Positions 18,294 through 27,673 of a DNA stretch of 64,000 nt are shown here, in pieces. A program made the translations under genes and the position numbers. The notes beneath the pieces are model-generated. The model ran no database searches. It had not been told where the DNA came from and saw nothing but the letters and a program-made list of their open reading frames with translations. Numbering within the stretch: position 1 is the stretch's first letter; the number at the start of each line of letters is the position of its first letter. This DNA is from an uncultured virus (IMG/VR IMGVR_UViG_2861330777_000001) (Duplodnaviria; Heunggongvirae; Uroviricota; Caudoviricetes): IMG/VR virus record IMGVR_UViG_2861330777_000001; one strand, 5' to 3'.

Positions 18294-18704
18294 CTACCAC
18301 CCCGATCTCCGTAATTCCGCTTTCATCTCATCCTCGATCAATCGCTTCCACTTCGCCTCGTCCGCCGATTTATCAAGGAATTTCTTAACGGTTCCAGGCG
18401 TACGTAACTGCTTTCCGCCAGCATCCTGTTCGTGAATGTAGTAGCCGTAATTAAATCGCCTGTCGCCCGTCTTTGCTGTTGCGTTAGCTGTAACGATGAC
18501 ACTACCATTTAGCCCGCCGGCTGCTTTTCCGCTTATTTGTCGGCGTAGATTTGAGGTATCTAACGGCGCAATATCACGTGCCCCTCGAACCCAATCGTCT
18601 TTAACATCGTCCAGCCCACGCTTGGCACCGCGTCCCGCAGCCCCCGGCGATTGCGCTATTAGCCGCTTCAGTGGTCGCATATCTATTTCGAAACTTCTCG
18701 CCAT
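18294..18704 (-). CDS. HK97 gp10-like neck protein
   Basis: APLDTSNLRRQI...YGYYIHE...KFL pattern. Confidence 0.8.
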   Translation of the reverse strand: MARSFEIDMRPLKRLIAQSPGAAGRGAKRGLDDVKDDWVRGARDIAPLDTSNLRRQISGKAAGGLNGSVIVTANATAKTGDRRFNYGYYIHEQDAGGKQLRTPGTVKKFLDKSADEAKWKRLIEDEMKAELRRSGW

Positions 18705-18716
18705 GTTTTCGCCCCC

Positions 18717-19058
18717 TTACACGCTAACGACGGTCAGCAACGGTTTACCGTTAAGTCCGCGTATTCTTTCGATATTCAGTGGCAGGTAAAGCCGTTGCAT
18801 TCCGGATTCGTCCGTGTATAAAATTTCGTCGTTAAGGCGAACATCTGCGAACTTATCGAATGTAATTTGCGCCACGGTCACGACCTCTTCGGCCATTATC
18901 GCAGGGAAACCGCTTTGATACGTTGTTCGCCGTGTTAGTTTATTACTGTCTTCGAATCGGCATTTGAGCGTAAAAGTTGTCGCCGTGCTTTCGCCCCACT
19001 CATTCTGCACGCCAGGCCTGCGAATAGTTACGGTCTGTTTTAACGGAATTATCGCCAT
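18717..19058 (-). CDS. Head closure protein
   Basis: QTVTI...NEWGE pattern and position. Confidence 0.65.
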   Translation of the reverse strand: MAIIPLKQTVTIRRPGVQNEWGESTATTFTLKCRFEDSNKLTRRTTYQSGFPAIMAEEVVTVAQITFDKFADVRLNDEILYTDESGMQRLYLPLNIERIRGLNGKPLLTVVSV

Positions 19059-19427
19059 TTACAGCACCGTCCATTTTATGGTTCGTCCCGTTGGTGCTCC
19101 GACCATCACGTAAACTTCCGGCGGAATCATCGACTCGACCGGCTTTTTCGCCCAATCCTTAAACGTAAAGCTGACGCCTTTGACCGCGAAGCCCGCCACG
19201 CCTTGCTGCTGCATCTTATTCGTATCATTAAACGCGCTTGCCAGAACCGCTGCGAAAATATATACGGCTTCATCCGGTATTGTGCATCCGTTGAATTTCC
19301 GCGTTAGCTCTCGTTTGCTTACGTTTAGTACGGCTGTCTTGCGTGTATCGTCAGCGTCAATAAAGTCTTCGTTATCAAGCGTGTTCAGCCGAATGTACTC
19401 GGTTGCCTCCGTTAAGTTCCACGACAT
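19059..19427 (-). CDS. Head-tail adaptor
   Basis: Position after capsid gene; EATEYI N-terminus. Confidence 0.65.
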   Translation of the reverse strand: MSWNLTEATEYIRLNTLDNEDFIDADDTRKTAVLNVSKRELTRKFNGCTIPDEAVYIFAAVLASAFNDTNKMQQQGVAGFAVKGVSFTFKDWAKKPVESMIPPEVYVMVGAPTGRTIKWTVL

Positions 19428-19439
19428 AAAATCTCCTCC

Positions 19440-19664
19440 CTATTTTCCGGAGGCTTTCTTCGCAGGAGCTTTCGGTTTAGTCGGCTTCGGCGTTTCCTCC
19501 GCTGGTTCGTCGACGCGCGTGGCGTCCGTAATTTGCGTTAATACTTCGATCGTGGCTTCGTCATCTGTTACGTAACGTCCGCCAATAAACTTCTTAAATT
19601 CGCCATCTACGTAAAATCCTAATGTCTGATACTGCGATTTAAATTCCGCCATATACTTCACCAC
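19440..19664 (-). CDS. Small head-associated protein with Lys/Pro-rich tail
   Basis: ORF directly after the major capsid gene. Confidence 0.55.
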   Translation of the reverse strand: MVKYMAEFKSQYQTLGFYVDGEFKKFIGGRYVTDDEATIEVLTQITDATRVDEPAEETPKPTKPKAPAKKASGK

Positions 19665-19666
19665 CT

Positions 19667-19697
19667 AAAAAAGAAAGCCCGCAGAAACCTACGGGCA
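19667..19697 (-). terminator. Intrinsic terminator after major capsid gene
   Basis: GCCCGTAG-loop-CTGCGGGC followed by TTTCTTTTTT. Confidence 0.75.
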
Positions 19698-19708
19698 GTT
19701 AGTTACGT

Positions 19709-20797
19709 TTAGTTAAGACCTTTCAATCGTCCGTGCGCTTTCTCTTGTTGGAATTCAAGCGTATATTCTCCGACAATAGTACCAACAGTGTAGTCTCCTT
19801 TTTCGCCCATGTATTTATGGAAGAAGTCGCGACCTACTAACGGGCGGATAGCCATACGGTTAGCATCAACGAAAAGTAATTCGTCAGCAGCCAGGTTATT
19901 GTTCAACGCGATTTCGAATTCGCCGAAGTCATTAATTAACTTGTCGACTACTTCACCACGAGAATTTTCGCCACGGCCGATTTGTACTTTGTTCGTATCA
20001 AGCGCGGATAATTTACGTTTTTGTTTCGCACCTACGATTACTTTGTAGTCTCCGCCAGTAGCGAATCCGCCAGCTTCGTAGATTGATTGACCTAAGTTCG
20101 TAATAGCGTCGAGTGAAATCGCACCAGCTACGTTAGTGACGTTAGTTTGAATAAACTGACGAACACCTTTCATTTGGCGGATTTGCCCGTTCTCATATTG
20201 AACGCCGTTGATTAGCGCTTTTTCTAATGACAACGCAAGCTCAACTTGTTTCTTTTGCTTCTCGTACTCGTAAAGATCGCCGATTCCGTATTGCTGAACC
20301 GCTTGTGCAGTACCGGAAATTTCAACAGAGTCATCGAAGATTTGCGTTTTATTCGATACTGGCTTACGTGCTTTGTATCGTGCGGAACGTGCGTCGCTAC
20401 CTTCCACGCCTTCTACGAATTGTACTTCGACTTTTGCACCGTCAGCTATTGCGGCTGCAGTAGTTCCAGCGTAACCTCGCGCAACAGTTAGCGTTTTAGT
20501 CCCGGCATTAACCGCAGTAACTAATAACAACTCTTCGCCAATTTTAATGACGTGACCTACGCGGAATGGTTCTGCGTCAGCAACTACGACTGTTGTATCG
20601 GAAACAAGCTTGGCGCCTGCGACCGTAGATTCGTCGTTGAACATTTCATCCTCGAACCATTGGTGCGTAGTTTGCGTAACTGGCGTTGCGAAACCTAGCA
20701 TATTGATTAGTGGCGTTTGGTGTTGATTAAGTAAAAGGATTTCGTCGACTACCGATTGTTTTTTACCTATAAGACTAGCATCATAAATTTTAGACAT
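19709..20797 (-). CDS. Major capsid protein (DUF5309/SU10-like) with inserted beta domain
   Basis: HQWFED, NKTQIF and IVGEYTLE motifs; follows scaffold gene. Confidence 0.88.
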   Translation of the reverse strand: MSKIYDASLIGKKQSVVDEILLLNQHQTPLINMLGFATPVTQTTHQWFEDEMFNDESTVAGAKLVSDTTVVVADAEPFRVGHVIKIGEELLLVTAVNAGTKTLTVARGYAGTTAAAIADGAKVEVQFVEGVEGSDARSARYKARKPVSNKTQIFDDSVEISGTAQAVQQYGIGDLYEYEKQKKQVELALSLEKALINGVQYENGQIRQMKGVRQFIQTNVTNVAGAISLDAITNLGQSIYEAGGFATGGDYKVIVGAKQKRKLSALDTNKVQIGRGENSRGEVVDKLINDFGEFEIALNNNLAADELLFVDANRMAIRPLVGRDFFHKYMGEKGDYTVGTIVGEYTLEFQQEKAHGRLKGLN

Positions 20798-20866
20798 GTA
20801 AGTGATTCCCCCTGATTTTTATAATTTTTGGTATTAAAAAAGACGGGCCATTTGACCACGCCATTA

Positions 20867-21532
20867 CTACTTACTTAATTCTGATTTCAATTGTGCGTAA
20901 GCCATCTTGTCTTCGATCCGACCGCTTTGCTTCGCTTTTTCAGCCGCCTCTTTAAGTAATTGCTCGGCTGTTTTATCTGCGCGGTCTACGTTCCCATTCG
21001 AACTCTCACCGATTGGTTTCGGCTTTGGCTTCGATAATAGAAACGGTTTATTGTCAACGAGTGTCTGTATCGCGACATCCATTCCGACCACTTTTCCGTC
21101 CTCGACTGTTACGGCCGTTAAGTCCGCAAGACTGAATGCGTCGTCTAGGAATGCGATATTTTGACTCGTAGCAACCTTAATAAATTCGTTGCGGATTTTT
21201 TCGTTCTGTACCGCCTTCTCTAATTCGGCTAACTGCTGAGCCAGCGTCTGCTCTTTCGTATCCTTTTCCGCTAGTTGCGCTTGTAGCTTTTCGAGTTCGG
21301 TCATCTCCGCTTCTTGACGTTCTTTTTCCGCCTGCTCGAACGTAGTCAATTTCGTTTTCAAATCGTCATAGTCCGCAAACTTTTCGAGCTTCTTCTTTTC
21401 GCGAGTAACGCGTTCCGCTACGATTTTGTCGAGCTCGGCCTGGGAAAACTTCTTTACTTCCGGCGTTTCAGCCGCTGGTGTTTCGTTTACTTCGCTTTGA
21501 TTCGTTACAACTTCGTTTAATTCTTCGCTCAT
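20867..21532 (-). CDS. Capsid scaffolding protein
   Basis: FSQAELDKIVAER...ADYDDLK coiled coil; KPFLL motif. Confidence 0.88.
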   Translation of the reverse strand: MSEELNEVVTNQSEVNETPAAETPEVKKFSQAELDKIVAERVTREKKKLEKFADYDDLKTKLTTFEQAEKERQEAEMTELEKLQAQLAEKDTKEQTLAQQLAELEKAVQNEKIRNEFIKVATSQNIAFLDDAFSLADLTAVTVEDGKVVGMDVAIQTLVDNKPFLLSKPKPKPIGESSNGNVDRADKTAEQLLKEAAEKAKQSGRIEDKMAYAQLKSELSK

Positions 21533-21609
21533 TTGTTACCTCCCGTTTACCCGCCGTCGCGCATTAATTTAGTGCAGCCGAAAGTTTAGCGCCATTTCGT
21601 AAGGCATAA

Positions 21610-21640
21610 GAAAAAGGCCCCGCATAGTTGCGAAGCCTTT
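21610..21640 (-). terminator. Intrinsic terminator after acetyltransferase
   Basis: AAAGGCTTCGCA-loop-TGCGGGGCCTTTTT. Confidence 0.75.
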
Positions 21641-21693
21641 CGTTTTATTTATGTCGCAGTTTACACCTACTATGGCGTTAGATTCTTGATTCT

Positions 21694-22278
21694 TTAAGGA
21701 AGCCAGTAGATATCCTCTTTTATGATCTTTGCCGGATTTCCAGCGACAACAGAATTAGCTGGTACGTCTTTAGTTACAACGCTCCCGGCCGCAACCACTG
21801 CTCCACTTCCAATACTAACTCCTTTTAAAATTATTGAACGACACCCTATCCACACCTTATCTCCTATATGGACTGGTTTATAAATGTATTCTTGAGTGTT
21901 TAATTTGTGATAATCTCTATCCAATATCACTACATCCCATGATATATTACAGTAATCTCCTATTGTAATTTCTTTGCCACAATGTATTTCTGTTCTATCG
22001 CCAATGGATGTATTATTCCCTATTTTCAAGTGTGACTTAAAATCTGTTCCCCAAACACTTACTTTACAATCTTTATACATTAATACTTTATCACCTATGT
22101 CGATATAGCCATTCATTTTGTTTATGTTCAACTTACCGGAAGCCATAAAAAACTTTCCGCACTTGTCGAACGATCGTTTCACAAGGAATCCTCTAAATAC
22201 GTTTTTTGATATTCCAACCAATTCCCTTAATGACTTAGATTTAATTAATTTTGATACTTTATTCACTTCGATTCCCAT
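21694..22278 (-). CDS. Hexapeptide-repeat O-acetyltransferase (maltose/galactoside acetyltransferase-like)
   Basis: IGDKVWIG...[18 protein letters not shown]...GNPAKII; candidate own promoter TAGACT-N17-TATTCT upstream. Confidence 0.9.
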   Translation of the reverse strand: MGIEVNKVSKLIKSKSLRELVGISKNVFRGFLVKRSFDKCGKFFMASGKLNINKMNGYIDIGDKVLMYKDCKVSVWGTDFKSHLKIGNNTSIGDRTEIHCGKEITIGDYCNISWDVVILDRDYHKLNTQEYIYKPVHIGDKVWIGCRSIILKGVSIGSGAVVAAGSVVTKDVPANSVVAGNPAKIIKEDIYWLP

Positions 22279-22406
22279 ATATTTACCCCGTTTCTATTAT
22301 TTACTAATAGAATAAGGGATATTAAATATATAGTCTAGTATTATTGATTCATTTGCTCATAATAAGACAACAGTATTTGACTTTTAATTATTTCTATGCA
22401 ATTGAG

Positions 22407-24926
22407 CTACATTCCCTCTAATAATACTTTTGATAATACATTAAAAATATCTTGATGCCCTTCCGGTTTAGGGTGAACCTCGTCAACCAAGTACCCTGCG
22501 GCATTAGCTACGCTATACGTACTTCCCCAACGCTTCTTGATATCAACAAGTGCACAATTATAGTCCTTAGCAAGCTGGAGAACAATATTATAATAGTCGT
22601 TCATAGGGATAGGATGGTTTGCGTTAAAAATACCGCCTGTTGTTGTAATCAATACATCTCCGTATTGTTTAGCTTTTGTGATTACTGCTTGCCAGTCTGC
22701 TTTGAAGGCGTCAAGGCTTGTTTGCGTGTTATAATCGTTAGACAAGAATGAGATAATCGTTAGCTTCGGAGTCCAATATCCAATGCATGCCTCTGAATTA
22801 AAAGCTTTTGCAACAGATCCTACTTTTAGTCCGCTTACTCCGAAGTTATTGATTCGAACGCCTTTACTTCCTTTTAACTCATAAGCACCTAACAAACTGA
22901 CTTTGCTGGCTGATTTAGTCGTAAGCACAACTGTATGTGTACCATCTACTAATCCAGTTACTCTATGCTCTATAACCACACCGTCCGAACTTCTCGATGT
23001 AGAAAGTGTTTGAGCTGTACCGCCATCGACTGCTATATCGACAGACCCACTAGACCAGCTTCCTTCCAACAAGACAACAACGCCAGTACCTTTGAAAGTA
23101 AAGGAAGCTGTAGAGCCCGCGGCTACTGCAATCTTCGTACCACTACTTCCGTATGTCAAACCGTTTCCTCCGAAGGTTTGCCATGTACCAGTATACGTCC
23201 ATCTCCCAACAGCGGCTGTATATGGGTATTGGTTTGCTATCATCCCTTCGCCTACGTCCCCGTATTTAGTGGTAAACTGGTTACGCAAAAGGGTTGCATA
23301 CCCTCTTTTGTAGTTATCGATAGTAACAGCGCCTCCAGCTTGACCTTCAGTATTGCTATCACCTTCAAGACATACGTTGATAATCTCTTGTACTCCGGAG
23401 TCTAATCTAGCTTTTGCGAGTCTCCATTTCCTAAGACCATTATCGATATTATAGATATAGTTGTACGGTTTGTAGGCTATTTCGTCCGTTACGACTCTAG
23501 CCTGTTTGATTAATTCCAATTGGGTTGTAACACTCATCCCATCTGGATATTTCCCGTATATCCCCATATCTATCCTTCTGTGTCCTGCTCCTTTAGCCGC
23601 GGAAGCTGGCGCTAGGTTAAAATCTCTTTCTCCGGTTAGAACTCCAGTAGCGTCCTTGAAAACAGTGTCGTAGGCATTGTCTGCGCCTGCTACTTGTGCG
23701 AGCACTTTATAGTCCACTCCGACAGGTAAGTCAGCCCTAGATAAGTTGTAGTCTCTAAAGAAATTGTTACGAATAGCCAACTCATTTATATCTGTAACGC
23801 CTAAGTCGAGTATCTGTATGCCTGAACTTGTTTGATTTGAAAAAAGAATATTGTTTTCAATAGTTAAGTTTTTTATCTTAACTGAGACAAGAACGCCAGT
23901 GAAGCTAACATTAAAAGCCACGTTATTACGTACAACGATATCACTGATTTTATACGGCAACCCCGTTTCATTATTATTTGCAACTATGTTATACCCTCTA
24001 AGTGAATCATAAACGATATTGTTTCTAAATATAATACCTTCTAGTGTTCCACCAGACTCTACACCAGTTGACAACCCAACGCCTTCTGGAACATTTGTAA
24101 CCGTATTATTGTATACTTCTATATTGTATTGGTGTCTAGAAAATGCATCCACATAGATTCCAATCCGAACAGGGTTATCCACATAGCATCCGTGAATTAT
24201 CCCATTTCTTGTTCCGTCTTTTAAATCAATTCCTTCTTTATAACAATCGATAACTCGACAATCTTTTATTTCAAAGTTATCCACATTAACTAATGAAAGC
24301 CCTTCTTGACTTAAATTTTTACAAACACGTTTCAGCTCACAATTGTCTATTAAGATATTGTCGGCATTTATAAAATAAATACCTGATCCCCCTGCATCTG
24401 TGACCGAACAGTTACGAATAATTACATTCGAGGAACCTTTTCCATCTGTCCAATCTTGCCCAAAACCCATTGCATAAGAGTTGATGAGTTTTAAACCTTC
24501 AAATATCCAGTTGTTGCTATTCTCAATATTCACTAGCCCTTGCCACGAATTACTCCACCATGTTATTCCGGTTCCATCAATAATTGGAGAGTGTCCCTTA
24601 TAGTTTACTAATTTTATTGGTCTGTCTGGTTTACCTGATTTTCGAATAAGCACTCGTTCTTTATACGTACCATTCATTACGTAAATCGTATCTCCTGCTT
24701 CGGCTGTGTCCACCGCATATTGGATAGTTTTCCAAGGGCTATTTAGTGTCCCTTTGTTAAGATCGTCACCATCTACAGAACTAACATACTTAATAGAAGC
24801 TATAGATGCAACTTCCTGCGCCGTTTCGGCCAACTGTCTATTAGTTTCTTCAACCTGCGCCCTGGCTACCGCATCAACTCCGCTATCGCCTCCACCAACT
24901 TGATTACCATATTTATATCCGCTCAT
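22407..24926 (-). CDS. Right-handed beta-helix protein fused to an SGNH/GDSL esterase
   Basis: YVSS...GDD...GT...PWKTIQYA...GDTIYV...GTYKE; N/I-rich repeats; GDSNTEG, NDY and DEVHP blocks. Confidence 0.85.
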   Translation of the reverse strand: MSGYKYGNQVGGGDSGVDAVARAQVEETNRQLAETAQEVASIASIKYVSSVDGDDLNKGTLNSPWKTIQYAVDTAEAGDTIYVMNGTYKERVLIRKSGKPDRPIKLVNYKGHSPIIDGTGITWWSNSWQGLVNIENSNNWIFEGLKLINSYAMGFGQDWTDGKGSSNVIIRNCSVTDAGGSGIYFINADNILIDNCELKRVCKNLSQEGLSLVNVDNFEIKDCRVIDCYKEGIDLKDGTRNGIIHGCYVDNPVRIGIYVDAFSRHQYNIEVYNNTVTNVPEGVGLSTGVESGGTLEGIIFRNNIVYDSLRGYNIVANNNETGLPYKISDIVVRNNVAFNVSFTGVLVSVKIKNLTIENNILFSNQTSSGIQILDLGVTDINELAIRNNFFRDYNLSRADLPVGVDYKVLAQVAGADNAYDTVFKDATGVLTGERDFNLAPASAAKGAGHRRIDMGIYGKYPDGMSVTTQLELIKQARVVTDEIAYKPYNYIYNIDNGLRKWRLAKARLDSGVQEIINVCLEGDSNTEGQAGGAVTIDNYKRGYATLLRNQFTTKYGDVGEGMIANQYPYTAAVGRWTYTGTWQTFGGNGLTYGSSGTKIAVAAGSTASFTFKGTGVVVLLEGSWSSGSVDIAVDGGTAQTLSTSRSSDGVVIEHRVTGLVDGTHTVVLTTKSASKVSLLGAYELKGSKGVRINNFGVSGLKVGSVAKAFNSEACIGYWTPKLTIISFLSNDYNTQTSLDAFKADWQAVITKAKQYGDVLITTTGGIFNANHPIPMNDYYNIVLQLAKDYNCALVDIKKRWGSTYSVANAAGYLVDEVHPKPEGHQDIFNVLSKVLLEGM

Positions 24927-25165
24927 TATACGTCATCCCTCACATATCCTCGATAAGCTCCAGAGCCCGTAATATTTAGATAAGTAAACTCTGCAATCCT
25001 CTCATCAAACACCTCACCCGGCTTCAACGTCCATGTCGTGTACGGCCCCGCATTAAAGGTCAAATCCGAAGTACCATCGTTTACTATTACGAGTTCCTCG
25101 CGTTCGCTAACGAATTTCTTCGAAAGATTACCGGTACCATTAAAAAAATCACAAGCACGTTTCAT
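24926..25165 (-). CDS. Small beta-rich protein coupled to the 839-aa gene
   Basis: RBS GGGGGAGG; TAATG overlap with the downstream gene. Confidence 0.7.
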   Translation of the reverse strand: MKRACDFFNGTGNLSKKFVSEREELVIVNDGTSDLTFNAGPYTTWTLKPGEVFDERIAEFTYLNITGSGAYRGYVRDDV

Positions 25166-25187
25166 ATTTATTCCTCCCCCGCCTCGT

Positions 25188-26057
25188 TTAAATTTGTTCT
25201 ACGTCAATCGTATTTCTCCGATCTAAACCTTCGTCGCCCGTCAGCCTTTCCGGATTCCTCACCGGCGTCAAAACGTGTTTACAATTCGGATGAAAGATAT
25301 CCCGCCGTGGCAACGCGCCAATATACGGATAACCTCCGGGCGCATCCGGCACCAGCGAAATAACCTGCCCTTCCCATCGTCGGCAGGCGTCCTTTGCGCC
25401 GTGACTCGAAATCACCGCGTAATAAACTTCGCGACCCAGCGCATCATTCATCGTAGCCTCACGGTGCGCCGTCGACATTTTCGTACGCACGACCATTTCC
25501 GCATATACTTGCGGCTTCCACTTTCGCGACGCAGCGTCTACAATTCCGGTCTTCGTTGCGTCATCTAGCCGGCGCAATATGTCTTGGCGTAGCGTCTGCG
25601 TTCCGTTGATGCCTTGCGTAAGATTCGTACGGAATGTTTCCGCAGCTGCTTGGCGTATTGCGATTCGGACCCTTCGGTCGACGTTCTGCGAAATCTGTAG
25701 CAAGTCCGCCTGTGTGTCCGCCACCGCCGTCTTTATATAGTCGCGATTAAATCGGTTAAACTGGACGATGCTCTGCGCCTGTGCTACGTTTTCTGCAAGA
25801 CCTAGCGCAACAAGCGATCGAATCACTCCGTCAGTCGCTGCTTTCGGAATATTCGTCGCCACCCATTCCGATGAGTTTGCGTCGAGCTCCTTTAAGATGC
25901 TCTTGATTTCCGCTTGCGTTGCGATGATTTGGGCCCGCTCGAAATCCGTCAGCCCAAGCCGTAGTAACTCGGCGGAAACGTTGGCAATTGCTTTTTCGTA
26001 ATAGGCGCGAAGAATGGCAACTTCATTGTCGTAGGATGGCGTTGGAATTTCCGACAT
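25188..26057 (-). CDS. Minor capsid/head morphogenesis protein
   Basis: YAEMVVRT, SHGAKDAC and FHPNCKH motifs. Confidence 0.88.
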   Translation of the reverse strand: MSEIPTPSYDNEVAILRAYYEKAIANVSAELLRLGLTDFERAQIIATQAEIKSILKELDANSSEWVATNIPKAATDGVIRSLVALGLAENVAQAQSIVQFNRFNRDYIKTAVADTQADLLQISQNVDRRVRIAIRQAAAETFRTNLTQGINGTQTLRQDILRRLDDATKTGIVDAASRKWKPQVYAEMVVRTKMSTAHREATMNDALGREVYYAVISSHGAKDACRRWEGQVISLVPDAPGGYPYIGALPRRDIFHPNCKHVLTPVRNPERLTGDEGLDRRNTIDVEQI

Positions 26058-27655
26058 TACTCATCGCCACCCTCGTTAAATATCGTGCCGTCGACGAAAC
26101 CATTAATCGCCTTTTCGTCTTCTGAAATCCTGCGAACTATTTCCGCCGCCTTTTCGTCATCCACGTCGTCCTGGCGCTTGATTGCGGAATGTATATCTAT
26201 CGTGGGCTTTTTGCCGCTTCGGATTTCCATGATTTGCGCTTGCTCTAGCTCATTTTTCGGAATGCCGTCTTGCCACGTAACTTTCGGGTAGACTGGCTCG
26301 AAGTCGTAATCTCCGTGCTTTACGTCGAGTAATTGGCACGCCCATAGTGCGTCGCGTATGGCCTTGTCGTAATGCGTGCGAATTCTTTTTACTTTCGATA
26401 TTATTGGCATAAAGCGAGATTTGATGGCCGCGCTGTCCGTATGAGACGTCCCTGTTCCGCCAGCATTTTCGCCTAGCACAGTACCGAATAACCACTGTGG
26501 CGTTTCCGCTTGTTGGAAGACTAGCGAAATTAATACTTCAAGCTCCTTGAATGCTGACGAAAGCTGTCCGTCCCATGTCATGTAGCCTGGCGTTACGTCT
26601 TCTTTAGCGACAGGTATATAAACACCGCCAGAGCGTACGCTATTTTCAGCGCCTTCTAATTCCGGACCATACGAATTCGGATCACTGTGCTTCCACAAAA
26701 TGTAATCGATCTGCACGAGTCGGTCGTTAAGCGCCGCCAGCAACGTTTCCATTTTCTCAATTCCGCTGATTCCTTCCCACTCGTCGTCAACCGCTTTATA
26801 TGGCGCATGAAATGCGAGCATCATTGGCACGCCCGTAGCTACTACGTCTGTTTCTCGCCCTGTCGGAACCTTTTCGCCGATGTTGTAATATTGCAACGGA
26901 TAGCCGTACGTATTATCGACGCCACCCTCGAATTCATGCAAACGATAGCGTTCGTAGATGATATAGCCGGGCAAGTGGCGCTCCACGTTAAGAAACGGCA
27001 CTTCACTTTTCGACGTAACCACGTATTCAACCGTACATATATTGACCGCCTTGAACGACTTGACGTTGCCCCGCGAAACTTCCGGATAAACATACTCTGC
27101 GTTAACGTGCTCGATAATCGGCTCCAACGGCTGCTCTGTAATGAGTTCTTCGTACGCTTCCGGTGTAAGCACGTTTCGCACCTCGGAGAAATCCGTCCGA
27201 TACCCGTAGCGAACCTTAAACCACGCATCGCCACGATAGCCGTTACCGACCGCACTTTCGTGAATCTGCTTAACGAGGTCGTTTTCCTCGACGTAGCGAT
27301 TGACCGCCTTTTGTTCGTCCGTATCATCCGGCAAGCCTGATTCGAAACTCGGCGGCTCTCCGACTAGCAAGTCAGCCGGTTTTGTGACAAGTATATCAGC
27401 GAGGTTTACGGCGATATATAACTTCGCCAATTGTGGCGCGTGCGGTGTGTCGCGCAGAAGCTCCGTCGCTCTTTCGTAAATCTCGATCTGGCGCCCTTTG
27501 AATATTCGCTTGCCACGTTTATATTTCGAGATTCTTTCGCGTTCCGTAGCAGGCGGAAATTGTTCGCCCGGACGGATCATGCGGTCTGTATACGTGACTT
27601 CGTGTTCTGCGCGTTTTTCTAGATCGCGCTTACTGTAAATTCCAAGTCCGAACAA
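26057..27655 (-). CDS. Portal protein (SPP1-like)
   Basis: Follows terL; size; YMTWDGQL motif. Confidence 0.9.
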   Translation of the reverse strand: MFGLGIYSKRDLEKRAEHEVTYTDRMIRPGEQFPPATERERISKYKRGKRIFKGRQIEIYERATELLRDTPHAPQLAKLYIAVNLADILVTKPADLLVGEPPSFESGLPDDTDEQKAVNRYVEENDLVKQIHESAVGNGYRGDAWFKVRYGYRTDFSEVRNVLTPEAYEELITEQPLEPIIEHVNAEYVYPEVSRGNVKSFKAVNICTVEYVVTSKSEVPFLNVERHLPGYIIYERYRLHEFEGGVDNTYGYPLQYYNIGEKVPTGRETDVVATGVPMMLAFHAPYKAVDDEWEGISGIEKMETLLAALNDRLVQIDYILWKHSDPNSYGPELEGAENSVRSGGVYIPVAKEDVTPGYMTWDGQLSSAFKELEVLISLVFQQAETPQWLFGTVLGENAGGTGTSHTDSAAIKSRFMPIISKVKRIRTHYDKAIRDALWACQLLDVKHGDYDFEPVYPKVTWQDGIPKNELEQAQIMEIRSGKKPTIDIHSAIKRQDDVDDEKAAEIVRRISEDEKAINGFVDGTIFNEGGDE

Positions 27656-27673
27656 TTCGCCGCCTCCTTTTCG

